DNA of 61,599 nt, counting the filler, from Chiloscyllium plagiosum (lineage: Eukaryota): assembly GCF_004010195.1 (NCBI RefSeq). It is 5 parts of one record of this genome, joined end to end, with 100 filler letters (N's around TTAATTAATTAA, not from the genome) between each part and the next. Parts side by side here need not be neighbours in the genome. Positions count along the whole stretch, not along the records: positions 32,226 to 47,914 come from NC_057710.1; positions 48,015 to 61,599 come from NC_057710.1; 3 more parts are not named here. One strand, written 5' to 3'. The stretch's first letter is position 1; each line of letters starts with the position of its first letter. This document shows, in pieces, positions 37,444-49,015 of this stretch. The position numbers and the translations under genes are program-made. Below the pieces are notes generated by a model that made no database searches, was not told the origin of the DNA, and saw nothing but the letters and a program-made list of their open reading frames with translations.

Positions 37444-38812
37444 CATAAGAGCATATGACATAGGAGCAGAAATTAGGCCACTCGGCCTATCGAGTCTGCT
37501 CTGCCATTCAATCATGGATGATAAGTTTCTCAACCCCATTCTCCCGCTTTCTCCCTGTAACCCTTGATCCTCTTGACAATCAAGAACCTATCTATCTCAG
37601 TCTTAAATATACTCCATGAGCTGGCCTCCACAGTCTTCTGTGGCAATGAATTCCATAGATTCACCACTCTGGCTGAAGAAATTTCTTCTTATCTCTGTTC
37701 TAAAAGATCTTCCCTTTGCTGTAAGGCTACGCCCTCTGGTTCTAGTCTCCCCTACCAATTGAAACATTTTCCTAACATCCACTCGGTCGAGGTCATTCAG
37801 CATTCTGTATGTTTCAGTTCGAACCCCCCTCATTCTTCTAAAATCCATCGAGTATAAACCCAGAGTTCCTCATATGTTAAGTTTTTCATTCCTGGGACAA
37901 TTTTCTTGAACCTCCTCTTGAACACACTCCAAGACCAGTACATCCTGAGGTAGGAGGCCCAAAGCTGCGCACAATACTCCAAAAGTGGTCTGACCAGAGC
38001 CTTATAGAGCCTCTGAAGTACATCCCTTCTTTTACATCCAAGTCCTCTCAAAGTAAATGCCATCATTGTATTTGTCTTCCTAACTCCTGACCCAACCTGC
38101 CAGTTTACCTTGAGAGAATCCTGGACTAGAACTCCCAAATCACTTTACATTTCAGATTTCTGAATTTTCTCCCCATTTAGAAAATAGTCCATGTCTCTAT
38201 TCTTCCTACCAGAGTGCCTGACCTCACATTTTCCCACGTTGTATACCATTGTAATTTCTTTGTCCACTCTCCTAACCTGCCCAAATCCTTCTGCAGCCTC
38301 CCCGCCTCCTCAATGCTACCTGCCCCCCTACCTATCTTTATATCATCCGCAAACTTAGCCAGAATGCCCCCAGTTCCTTCATTTAGATCATTAATACATA
38401 AAGTGAAAAGTCGTGGTTCCAACAGTGAGCCTTGTGGAACACCACTTGTCACCGGCTGCTATCCTGAGAAGGACCTTTTTATCCCCACTCTCGCTTTCTG
38501 CCAGACAGCCAAGCCTCTATCCATGCTCGCACCTTGCCTCTGACACCATGGACCTTGGGTGCTCCGGTTTCCTCCCACAGTCCAAAGATGTGCAGGTCAG
38601 GTGAATTGGCCATGCTCAATTGCCCATAGTGTTAGGTGCATTAGTCCGAGGGAAATGGGTCTGGGTGGATTAGTCTTTGGAGGGTCAGTGTAGACTTGTT
38701 GGGCCGAAGGGCCTGTTTCCACACTGTAGGGAATCTAATCTAATCTTATTTTACTCAGCCTCCTGTGTGGCACCTTATCAAAGGCCTTCTAGAAGTCCAG
38801 GTAGATAACATC
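37444..38812 (-). mobile_element. CR1 LINE 3' region with a nested 5'-truncated HE1 (38556-38745, +)
   Basis: GVPQGSLL, KFADDIK, LVRPLLEYC; same subfamily as 943-1745. Confidence 0.9.
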
Positions 38813-39269
38813 TATTGACTAATGTTGAGCTTCACTTGAAGACTGCGCCAGGTCATGATCTTTTCTCTGCTGATATCACCTGGTTCTGGTAATGCACTCA
38901 CATCCCCATGCACTATGCTGAGCCATACCATCGCTATCATGCAGTTATGGGTTTTCAGTGTGTGAATTTGCAACAAATATGCTTGTTTAAAATCTGTCAT
39001 AAAGTGAAACCCATGGCAATTTCCAAAACCAGTTATCCCAGTTGATTGCCTGTTATGCTGATTTCTATGAGTACTAGTCTCTGACCTGTTATTTGATTTT
39101 AGAAAGCTTTTAATGGCTTTTCGCACACGTATAAACAATGTTTTCTCCCCCTGAGGAAGGTATAAAATGAAAAAAATTAGACCGTTTTCAACTGAGTGTG
39201 TAATGCTTACAGCCTGCTAATGTTTTGTGCCTATTCTGAATGAAGAGCGATTATAGGGATGTTGTTGTT

Positions 39270-39550
39270 ATAGAATCATAGAGAAAAAGTGCAGGAGGAG
39301 GCCATTTAGCCCTTCGAGCTAGCATCATCATCCAATATGATCTTGGCTAATCATGCAATCTCAGGAATCCACTCTAAATCTCTCCCCATACCCCTGGATC
39401 CCTTCGGCAGCAAGGGCCACGTCCTTCTTCCTCTTGAACATTTCTAATGAACTGGCCCCAACAGCATCCTGTGAGAGAATTCCACCAGATCACAGCTTTG
39501 TGTGAAGAAATTCTTCCTCATCGCAGTCCTGAATGGCCTACCCCTGATTC
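39270..39550 (-). mobile_element. CR1 3' end fragment
   Basis: atagaatcatag tail; gaagaaattcttcctcatc. Confidence 0.75.
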
Positions 39551-39907
39551 TTGGACTTACTGTAAGTCATGGAGTCATTCAGTCCTTACAGCACAGAAGA
39601 TGACCGTTCCTTCCATCAACTCTGTACCAGCTCATGACAATAATCCAACCATGCCCATTCACTCTTCCATCTGCAAAGCTATCTTCCTCTTTCATAGAAT
39701 GTAGGTATCACTGGCAAGGCCAGCATTCGTTGTTCATCCTTAATTGCCTTTAAGAGGGAACTGAAGAGTCAGTCATATTATTCTGGAGTAGCATGTAGGT
39801 CACAACTGGCAGATTTTCTTCCTGAAAGATATTAAAAGTAGAAAAGATGACCTGAATGATTAATGAGGAGCAAAAAATTAGAGAAAGCACGTTAGAAATA
39901 TAGAAAA

Positions 39908-40265
39908 CAGAGTCATAGAGATGTACAGCACGGAAACAGACCCTTCGGACCAGCTCATCTGTGCCAACCAGATATCCTAAATTAATCTAGTCCCATTTGC
40001 CAACATTTGGCCCGTATCACTCTAAACCCTTCCTATTCATATGCCCACTCAGTTGTCTTTTAAATGTTGTGTTTGTACCAGCCTCCACCACTTCCTCTGG
40101 CAGCTCATTCCATACACACATCACCCTCTGCATGGGGAATGTTGCCCCTTCGATCCCTTTTATATCTTTCGTCTCTCAGCTTAAACCTACACCCTCAAGT
40201 TTTGGACTCCTGCCATCCCAGGGAAAAGACCTTGTTTATTTACCCTATCCATGCCCCTCATAATC
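39908..40265 (-). mobile_element. CR1/HER1 3' end
   Basis: agagtcatagagatgtacagcacggaaacag tail; IMRGMDRVN peptide. Confidence 0.9.
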
Positions 40266-40277
40266 TTATTCTTTATA

Positions 40278-40568
40278 TTACTAGATTCCCTACAGTGTGG
40301 AAACAGGCCCTTCGGCCCAACCAGTCCAAACCGACCCGCCGAAGAGTAACCCACCCAGACCCATTTCCCTCTGACTGATGCACCTAGCACTATGGGCAAT
40401 TCAGCATGGCCAATTCACCTGACCTGCACGTCTTTGGACTGTAGGAGGAAACCCACACAGACACTGGGAGAATGTGCAAACTCCACACAGTTGCCCAAGG
40501 CTGGAATCAAACCTGGGAACCTCGTGCTGTGAGGTAGCAGTGCTAACCACTGAGTCACCATGCCACCC
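40278..40568 (-). mobile_element. HE1 V-SINE
   Basis: Reverse complement of HE1. Confidence 0.9.
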
Positions 40569-41679
40569 CTAAGACTTTCTATTGTTACAGGTGAAATGCT
40601 GTTAAAGTGAGGGTTTGTCTTAAAGAAAGTGACTCTGAGGAATTAACAGTGGGACAATAAGGAGATGGTATTTTGTACCAGACTTCACTATAGAGAATAC
40701 ACGTAACATCCCAGTAATAGCTGGAAGTCAGGAAACAGAGTTCTGAGGAAGGGTCACCAGACCTGAAATGTTAACACTCTGATTTCTCTTCACAGATGGT
40801 GCCAGACCTGCTGAGCTTTTCCAGCAGCTTCTGTTTTTGTTAGGCTAATATGGGGAATGGGTGTATTGTGTTATGAAGGAGGCCCAGATTGTATCTGCTC
40901 TAGTTTAAGCGAGTAAGAGATGATTTGAATGTAACAAAGGACCCTGAGGGGCCTTGTCAGTGTAGGTGTGGAGACCATATTTCCAGTTTTGAGAGAATTT
41001 GTAATTAGGGAGTTTCCCATTGAAAACCAAGAAGAGGAGAATGTCTTTCTTTCAAACTGCCTCATTGAATAGAGGTGGAAGCAGTGTACAAGTAGGGGAG
41101 ACGCATTCAGAGGGTCAGCAGTGGGAAGCCTAGGAATCTCCGAGAATATCCAGGCCTAACACTGAGTCTTGCTGTAAAACGGTCTGTAATAGTTGCACCT
41201 TGTTGCATCAGGTGTAAACTGGGATTTAAGCAACTTACTGACTTCATAATTATTCTAAAAACAATCCATCCTGACCCTGAAAAAAACTCATTCTATATTT
41301 CTGGAATCTTAAGTTTCTTCATTCTGATATTAAATAAAAACAAAACCCAAACATATTCATAGGCCCTTCTAAATGTTAGCTGTTCTTTTTACTTTACAAA
41401 ATGACTTATGTTTTATTTTAATTAGATTGCAAATGAAGGGTGGGAAGTGCTGGATTGCAGCCCGTGTGAATACTTAAAGGGATTGGCTGCTTCTCAAATG
41501 ACATCACAGTTGCTGCATGCCAAGAGATCCTCTTGACCTGGTGCCAGATTTAACCTTTGCAAACGATACCCGAGAGATCACAAGATCATCGCAGGCAACT
41601 TTCTCTGATCAGAGATCAGAGTAACCTCCTTCCTTCTCTCCTAACTGTAAAATCCAGGCTTTTTTTTTAAATTGCTTCA

Positions 41680-41965
41680 GAGTTGTGGAAGGGTCCGAGA
41701 CTAGAGGGCACAATCTCGGAATAAAGGGTTAGCCATTTAAGACCAATGAGAAGGTTTTTTTTCTCTCAGGAGATCGTGAATCTGCAGAATTCTTTACCTC
41801 AAAGGGCTGTTGAGGCTGAGTCTTTGAGTATATTCAATGCTGTGATAGACTAATTTTTAATCTGTCAGGAAATCCAGAATTATGGGATAAGGGAGGAAAG
41901 TGGGGTCGAGGATTAATGGGAGAACAAACTCGATGGGCTGAATGGCCTTCTGCTCCCACTGTTTT
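41680..41965 (+). mobile_element. CR1 3' end (old)
   Basis: gtccgagactagagggcacaatctc...gggctgaatggccttctgctcc. Confidence 0.75.
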
Positions 41966-42391
41966 ATGAACACTGTTGGGATTATTGGTGAATACACAAC
42001 TTTCTTTCATTGTCCCTATCCAAAATTTTGATGTTGCACAGCACAGTCTAAAAACGAGCAAATTTTGCGTAAGAGGGGAAATCAGATGTAAAATTCACTG
42101 ATTGCAAACATTTGGAATGAATGGTATACACATTCAGCTTTTTGGGGACCTTCTGCCATTCATTGGGATTATTGGACTGAGTGACAGATCACATTGACCC
42201 ACCTTGGCTCCATATCCCCCAATATGGAAAATGATCAAATATCTATAAATCTCAAATTGGAAATCTGCAGTTGGTCCTCAAGCTGTTGAGGGCAAGAGAG
42301 TTGTTGATCTGCAGTAATTTTTTGTGGTAAAGGTGTTTATTGATTTCTTCCCCAACTTCCAAAGCAAAAGGCCTGACAATAATTATTCAAT

Positions 42392-42507
42392 AGGCGAAAG
42401 TGACTACTGCAGATGCTGGAGATTAAAGTCGAGAGTGTGGTGCTGGAAAATCAACATACATTTTCCTGCTCCTCAGATGCTGCTTGTGCTTTACCAGCAC
42501 CACACTG
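42392..42507. mobile_element. Collapsed Penelope-like inverted pair (family A)
   Basis: gtgtggtgctgg...ccagcaccacac arms. Confidence 0.75.
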
Positions 42508-42828
42508 ATTAGATTTTAGATTGGATTCCTTACAGTGTGCAAACAGGCCCTTCGGCCCAACAAGTCCACACCGACCTCCGAAGAGTAATTCACTCAGACC
42601 CATTTCCCTCTGACTAATGCACCTAACACTATGGGCAATTTAGCATGGTCAATTCACCTAACCTGCACATCTTTGGATTGTGGGAGGAAACCGAAGCACC
42701 CAGAGGAAACCCACGCAGTCACTGGGAGAATGTGCAAACTCCCCACAGACAGTCGCCCAAGGCTGGAATCGAGCCTCCATCCCTGGCGCTGTGAGGCAGC
42801 AGTGCTAACCACTGAGCCACCATGCCGC
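42508..42828 (-). mobile_element. HE1 V-SINE
   Basis: Reverse complement of HE1. Confidence 0.92.
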
Positions 42829-42919
42829 TCTCAATAATAGTTATTCTGTGTCATGTCGTTCCATCAGAGAAAAAAGAAAGGAGGCTGGTGACGTCTACAG
42901 TGTTAATGGGGCAACAGAG

Positions 42920-43460
42920 GAGGTGATGACCTCATGGTATTATCAATGGATTGTTAATCCAGGGACCTAGGTAGGTTCCAGGAACCCAGGTTTGAACCCT
43001 GCTATGGTAGATGGTAGAATTTGAATTCAATAAAAATCTGGAATTAAGAGTCTAATGATCATCATGAATTGATTGTTGGGGGAAAGACCCATCTCATTTA
43101 CTAATGTCTTTTAGAGAAAGAAATCTGCCATCCTTACCTAGTCTGGTCTACGTGTGACACTTTTTTTCTTTAATGTTGCGGGGATGTGAGTTTGAATCCC
43201 ACCACGGTCATCAAATTCTGATGACAGAATTTGAATTCGATAACAAAATCTGTAATAAGCTAGTTAAATATTAGTCGTGTAATCACTGTTGAATAAACCA
43301 ATTTGGTTCACTAAAGAGGAAAGGAAGGAAATCTGTTGTCCTTAGCTGGCCCACATGTAATTCTAAACCTATATCAAAGTAGTTGACTCTTCAATGCCGT
43401 TTGGGCAATTAGGGACGGGCAATAAATGCTGGCCTAGCCAGTATACCCTCATCCTGTGAA
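42920..43460 (+). mobile_element. Two tandem copies of the second tRNA-derived SINE family
   Basis: Repeated gtttgaaYcc...gaatttgaattc(a/g)ataa...aatctg...ttcactaa...gaaatctg. Confidence 0.65.
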
Positions 43461-43592
43461 TAAACAAAAAAACAAAATTGTGCTTCATGGAAGTGTCGGG
43501 CCTAGGAGTCAAGGGATTGATGGGTGAAGTCAGTCTCAGAATGGGCTGGATTTTGTTTTGAAATTCTTCCTGTTTCTCTATTGTCATTCCAG

Positions 43593-43731
43593 GTTGGTTT
43601 CTTGAAGATCAGTCACAAATATGAAATCACGTTTCTGCTGCCTGTCTCCCAGAACCTGCGGCAACAGAGCCAGTCTGTCCCCCTCGCTAACCTTTACTTG
43701 AAGCTGGTTGACATCGCTCCAGTAGCAGAAG
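43593..43731 (+). CDS. C20orf27: Internal coding exon of the UPF0687 protein C20orf27 / ADISSP orthologue
   Basis: Acceptor ttcttcctgtttctctattgtcattccag and donor GAAG|gtgaga. The 46 codons + 1 nt encode VGFLKISHKYEITFLLPVSQNLRQQSQSVPLANLYLKLVDIAPVAE(G), which aligns without gaps to human C20orf27 as recalled (VGFLKILHRYEITFTLP...LHLKLLSVVPVPEG). Confidence 0.9.
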
Positions 43732-43989
43732 GTGAGAGCTCTTTCCAAGTGGTTGGGAAAAGGGAGGGATTGCAAAAGGACTTGGGCAATGTGAGGGAAA
43801 CCTCTGCATTGTCTGATTATAGTCTGGAATACACCGGACAATCTCTGATGGAGACACATATTAATAGCGATTTATAGAAGATAATTGGATACATACTTGA
43901 GAAACATTGTTATATTAGTCAACAATACCAAGATCATCTTATTTCCTGTCTGAGGGACTTTGCTGTGCATTAAGTGGATGAGGTTTTTC

Positions 43990-45735
43990 TGCCAAGCAGT
44001 AGATTTGGATTTGAAAAGCATTTGGCACGCTTACCTTCATCAGTCAGAAACATTGATTATAGGTGTTAGGATGTCATGTTTGCGGCTGTACAGGGTATTG
44101 GTGAGGTCACTTTTAAAATATTGCATGCAGTTCTGCGAAAGGAAAGATGTTGTGATACTTGAAAAGGTTCAGAAAAGATTTAAAAGGATGTTGCCAGGGT
44201 TGGAGAGTTTGAGCTATATGGAGGGGCTGAATAGGCTGGGGCTGTCTGATGTTGAGGGCTGACCTTGTAGAGGTTTAAAAAATCACAAGGGGCATGGATA
44301 AGTGAATAACCAAGGTCTTTTCCCCAGGGTGGGAGACTCGAAAACTAGAGGGCAAGGTTTAATGTGAGGACGAGAAAGACATAAAAAGGACCTGAGCGAC
44401 AATATTTTAACGCAGAGGGTGGTACGGGTATGGAATGAGCTGCCAGAGAAAGTGGTGGAGCATGGGACAATAACAAAATTTAAAGGCAACTGGATGGATA
44501 TATGAATAGGAAGAATTTAGAGGGATATGGGCCAAGTGCTGGCAAATTTATATGGACTACATAAGGAATTCGACAAGGTTCCCCATGGTAGACCGATTAG
44601 ATCTCATGGAATAAAGAGAGAACTAGCCATTTGGATACAGAACTGACTCGAAGGTAGTAGACAGAGGGTGGCAGTGGATGGTTGTTTTTCAGACTGGAGG
44701 CCTGTGACCAGTGGATTGCCACAAGGATCATTGCTGGGTCCTCTACTTTTGTCATTTATATAAATGATTTGGATGTGAACATAGGAGGTATAGTTACAAC
44801 ATCTTCAAGTTTGCAGATGACACCAAAATTGGAGGTGGAGTGGACAACGAAGAAGGTCACCTCAGATTACAATGGGATCTTGATCAGATGGGTAAATGGG
44901 CTGAGGAGTGGTAGATGGAGTTTAATTCAGATAAATGCAAGGTGCTGCATTTTGGAAAAGCAAATCTTAGCAGAACTTATACACTTAATGGTAAGGTCCT
45001 GGGGTGTGTTGCTGAATAGAGAGACCTTAGAGTGCAGGTTCATAGCTCCTTGAAAGTGGAGTCGCAGTCGAAGAAGGCAATTGGTATGCTTTCCTTTATT
45101 AGTCAGAGTATTAAGTACCGGATTTGGGAGATCATGTTGCGGCTGTACAGGACATTGGTTAGGCCACTATTGGAATATTGCGTGCAATTCTGGTCTCCTT
45201 CCTATCGGAAGGATGTTGTAAATCTTGAAAGGGTTCAGAAAAGATCTACAAGGATGTTGCCAGGGTTGAAGGATTTGAGCTATCGGGAGAGGCTGAACAG
45301 GCTGGGGCTGTTTTCCTAGAGCATTGGAGGCTGAGGGGTGACCTTCTTGAGGTTTATAAAATCATGAGGGGCATGGATAGGGTAAACAGACAAGGTATTT
45401 TCCCTGGGTGGGGAACTAAACGGCATAGGTTTACGGTGAGAGGGGAAAGATATAAAAGACACCTGAGGCACACAGAGGGTGGTGCATGTGTGGAATGAGC
45501 TGCCAGAGGAAGTGATGGTGGTGGGGTACAATTACAGGAGGAGAAAGTGAGGTCTGCAGGGTTCAGAAAAGATCTACAAGGATGTTGCCAGGGTTGAAGG
45601 ATTTGAGCTATCGGGAGAGGCTGAACAGGCTGGGGCTGTTTTCCTAGAGCATTGGAGGCTGAGGGGTGACCTTCTTGAGGTTTATAAAATCATGAGGGGC
45701 ATGGATAGGATAAATAGACAAAGTCTTTTCCCTGA
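43990..45735 (+). mobile_element. Two tandem CR1/HER1 fragments plus a duplicated segment
   Basis: LEKVQKRFKRMLPG, LVRPLLEYCVQFWSP; 45230-45381 is repeated at 45558-45709. Confidence 0.9.
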
Positions 45736-46000
45736 CCAGATTTCCCAACCCAATCTAATCCCATTTGTCAGCACCTGGCCCTATCCCTCCAAACCCTTCC
45801 TGTTCATATAACCATCCAAATGCCTTTTAAATGTTATAATTGTACCAGCCTCCACCACACCCTCTGGCAGCCCATTCCATATACGTACCACCCTCTGCAT
45901 GAAAACATGGCCCCTTAGGTCCCTTTTTATACCTTTCCCCTCTCCCCCTAAACCTATACCCTCTAGTTCTGGACTCCCCCACCCCAGGGAAAAGACTTCT
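45735..46000 (-). mobile_element. CR1/HER1 3' fragment, inverted relative to its neighbour
   Basis: Reverse complement of a 1-230-like sequence. Confidence 0.85.
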
Positions 46001-46470
46001 TCAAAATAGGATTAGAATAGATGGACGTTTGACTAGCACAGACACAGGGGGCTGTAGGGCCTCATTTTTGTATAAAGACCCTGATTCTCTCGAAGAAGCG
46101 AGAGAGGAATTGACAGGGTAGATACTTTAAAAGATGTCCTCACTGGTTAGTGAGACTAGAACTGTCAGACATTTTAACAATAAGACAGAGGTAGGGAAAA
46201 TTAGATTTCTCACGGGGTCTGTGGAACTTTCTACCCAGACGGCAGTGAAGACAGGATCATTGAAGGTTCTTAAGGCTAATGTCGATGGATTGTTGTCTTG
46301 CAAAGGAGTCTGAGTATTGTGGATAGGTGAGAAGGTGGATTCACGTCGTGAATAGATCAGTCACCATCTTACTGAATGTCAGAGCAGGCTCAAGGCATCT
46401 TCTCCAGCCCCTGAGCGCTCTCGTTCCTATCTGCATTGTGCTCCCGCTTCTGTGATTCTGCAGGCAGTAG

Positions 46471-46677
46471 TCATGATGTGAAGGTGCCGGTGTTGGATTG
46501 GGGTGAACAAAGTTAAAAAACGCACAACACCAGCTTCTAGTCCAACAGATTTATTCGGAAGCACTAGCTTTCGGAGCACCGCTCCTTCATCAGGTGGTTA
46601 AGGAGCAGCACTCCGAAAGCTAATGCTTCCAAATAAACCTGTTGAACTCTCACCTGGTTTTTTGGGATTCTTAACTT
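46471..46677. mobile_element. Penelope-like inverted pLTR pair (family B) with 12-bp TSD
   Basis: TSD tgcaggcagtag at 46459-46470 and 46678-46689. Confidence 0.9.
46562..46596 (-). ncRNA. Minimal hammerhead ribozyme motif (family B)
   Basis: CAC CTGATGA A GGAGC-GGT-GCTCC GAAA GC TA GTG. Confidence 0.75.
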
Positions 46678-46870
46678 TGCAGGCAGTAGATAAGAATTTG
46701 TTATGGTTTCTAGCCATGGAGAGTCTCTGCCTTGTCTTTGAAAACACAGCCTGCACAATTGTATGGGTCCACCTCAGGGCTGCGGTTTTAACATCTCGTG
46801 TGATTGAGGTTTTAATGTCTCGACTTCTTCAGAAGGCTGAGGAAATTTTGGCCTGTCCACAAAGACTCTG

Positions 46871-47110
46871 AGGAGAAAGTGAGGACATGCAGATGCTGGA
46901 GAGTCAAGAGTGTGGCACTGGAAAAAACACAGCAGGTCAGGCAGCATCCGAGGAGCAAAAGAGTCAACGTTTCAGGCTTCACCCTTCTTCAAGACTGGGG
47001 AGAGGGAAGGGAGCTGAGAGATAAATAGTTGGAGTGGGGTGGGGGGGGGAGCGGAGTTGTTTGGTGGGGCTAGAGGAGAGGTAAGTGGGATGGTGATAGG
47101 TGAGCAAAGG
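46871..47110 (-). mobile_element. Penelope-like pLTR fragment (family A)
   Basis: aggagaaagtgaggacatgcagatgctgg tail and G-rich body. Confidence 0.8.
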
Positions 47111-47164
47111 TAGGATCTTTGTGAAGGGACCAATTTCTTTAGATTCACTATAGCAAGCAACCTA

Positions 47165-47914
47165 TCCATAAGACCATAAGACATAGGAGTGGAAGTAAGG
47201 CCATTCGGCCCATCAAGTCCACGCCGTCATTCAATCATGGCTGATGGCCATTTCAACTCCACTTACCCGCATTCTCCCTGTAGCCCTTAATACCTTGTGA
47301 CATCAAGAATTTATCAATCTCTACCTTGAAGACATTTAGCGTCCCGGCCTCCACTGCACTCCGCGCCAATGAATTCCACAGGCCCACCGCTCTCTGGCTG
47401 AAGAAATGTCTCCGCATTTCTGTTCTGAATTTACCCCCTCTAACTCTAAAGCTGTGTCTACCGGTCCTAGTCTCCTCAACTAATGGAAACAATTTCCTAG
47501 CGTCCACCCTTTCCAAGCCATGTATTATCTTGTAAGTTTCTATTAGATCTCCCCTTAATCTTCTAAACTCCAATGAATACAATCCCAGGATTCTCAGCCG
47601 TTCCTCGTTTGTTAGACCTACCATTCCAGGGATCATCCGTGTGAATCTCCGCTGGACACGCTCCAGTGCCAGTATGTCCTTCCTGAGGTGTGGGGACCAA
47701 AACTAGACACAGTACTCCAAATGGGGCCTAACCAGAGCTTTATAAAGTCTCAGTAGCACAACAGTAGCACAACATATTCCAACCCTCTTGAGATAATTGA
47801 CAACATTGCATTCACTTTCTTAATCACAGATTCAACCTGCATGTTTACCTTTAGAGAATCCTCAACCAGCACTCCCAGATCCCTCTGTACTTTAGCTTTA
47901 CGAATTTTCTCACC
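47165..47914 (-). mobile_element. CR1 LINE 3' end, relatively young; runs into the linker gap at 47915-48014
   Basis: ERLRILGLYSLEFRRLRGDLIETYKI...FFSQRAVGLWNSL; ccataaga repeat tail. Confidence 0.92.
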
Positions 47915-48014
47915 NNNNNNNNNNNNNNNNNNNNNNNNNNNNNNNNNNNNNNNNNNNNTTAATTAATTAANNNNNNNNNNNNNNNNNNNNNNNNNNNNNN
48001 NNNNNNNNNNNNNN

Positions 48015-48620
48015 CTCACTCACACACATGCATCCTCTCACAGACTTAGACACTTTACACTCACACACACACATATATACACTCTCTCTCTCTCACACTC
48101 ACAACCCTCCAACCCAGACAGAGACACACACACAAACGGGGTGAATTTGTACTTGCAGAGTTACATTGTACTTGCTCAAAAACTGCATGAATCCATGTAA
48201 GACTCTGTTAACTCATTTTTTAGATTACAATCAGTTTAAACATTATGGCACAGACAGGGAACATAGGGGGCTAACACCTTCAACATCTTATCTGGCTGAC
48301 ACCAATTGTTACAGTTAATCTGAGAATGTAACTTTTAAAAAAAGTTTTGTGATTTATATATGAACGAAGTGAAACTATTATGGTCTTTCCAATAGACGAG
48401 AGAGTCAACAAACAATCAAGGTATTTTTCAATGTATAATTTCAGTTACATCACATTGTAAACTTTTGCTATAAATTCTGTGTCTTATAATAGTGTCCTCC
48501 ACAACCACCTGATGAAGGAGGGGCACTCCGAAAGCTAGTGCTTCCAATTAAACCTGTTGGACTATAACCTGATGTTGTGATTTTTTACTTTGTGCATCCC
48601 AGTCAACACTGACATCTCCA
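48015..48620 (+). mobile_element. Penelope-like element 3' end (family B)
   Basis: CA-rich body followed by a pLTR homologous to 35754-36048. Confidence 0.85.
48506..48540 (+). ncRNA. Minimal hammerhead ribozyme motif, sense to the host gene
   Basis: CAC CTGATGA A GGAG-GGGCA-CTCC GAAA GC TA GTG. Confidence 0.7.
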
Positions 48621-48879
48621 AACCAGAAGGGAAAATAGTACAGGCTATGGTCAAAGGCAGGATAATGGAATTAATTGGACACCCTTTCCAATGAGGTGGC
48701 AGACACATGATGTATGAACATTCTAGGTGTACCTTTCCAATATGTATTCTTCCCTTGACAATGATGGAATTAAACAGCAGGTCAGTTCGCATTGAAATAA
48801 AAGAGAAATGAAAAGCAAAGTATTTCATGGTGGACTGTTGGGCTTCAATTACCAATCTTTTCCTGAAATATAAATACAC

Positions 48880-49015
48880 TATGGGAGGAGACTGGAACAC
48901 CCAGAGGAAATCCGCGCAGACATGGGGAGAATGTGCAAACTCCACTCATTCATCTGAGGCTGGAAATCAAGCCCAGGTCCCCTGGTGCTGTGAGGCAGCA
49001 ACATTAACCACTGAC
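48880..49015 (-). mobile_element. HE1 SINE 5' half
   Basis: gaatgtgcaaactccac...tgtgaggcagca. Confidence 0.8.

Noticed and set aside
39103..39159. Possible micro-exon ttttag|AAAGCT...GGAAG|gtata
   Set aside because: Weak donor, and the peptide does not resemble C20orf27 or anything I recognise
41480..41520. gattggct / tgacatca / tgcatg motif cluster in unique sequence
   Set aside because: Short motifs expected by chance; no supporting TSS or conservation evidence available
45230..45709. Exact duplication of about 150 bp of CR1 joined to a 23-bp Penelope tail
   Set aside because: Read-length identical copy at a repeat junction; probably a mis-assembly of a collapsed Penelope insertion
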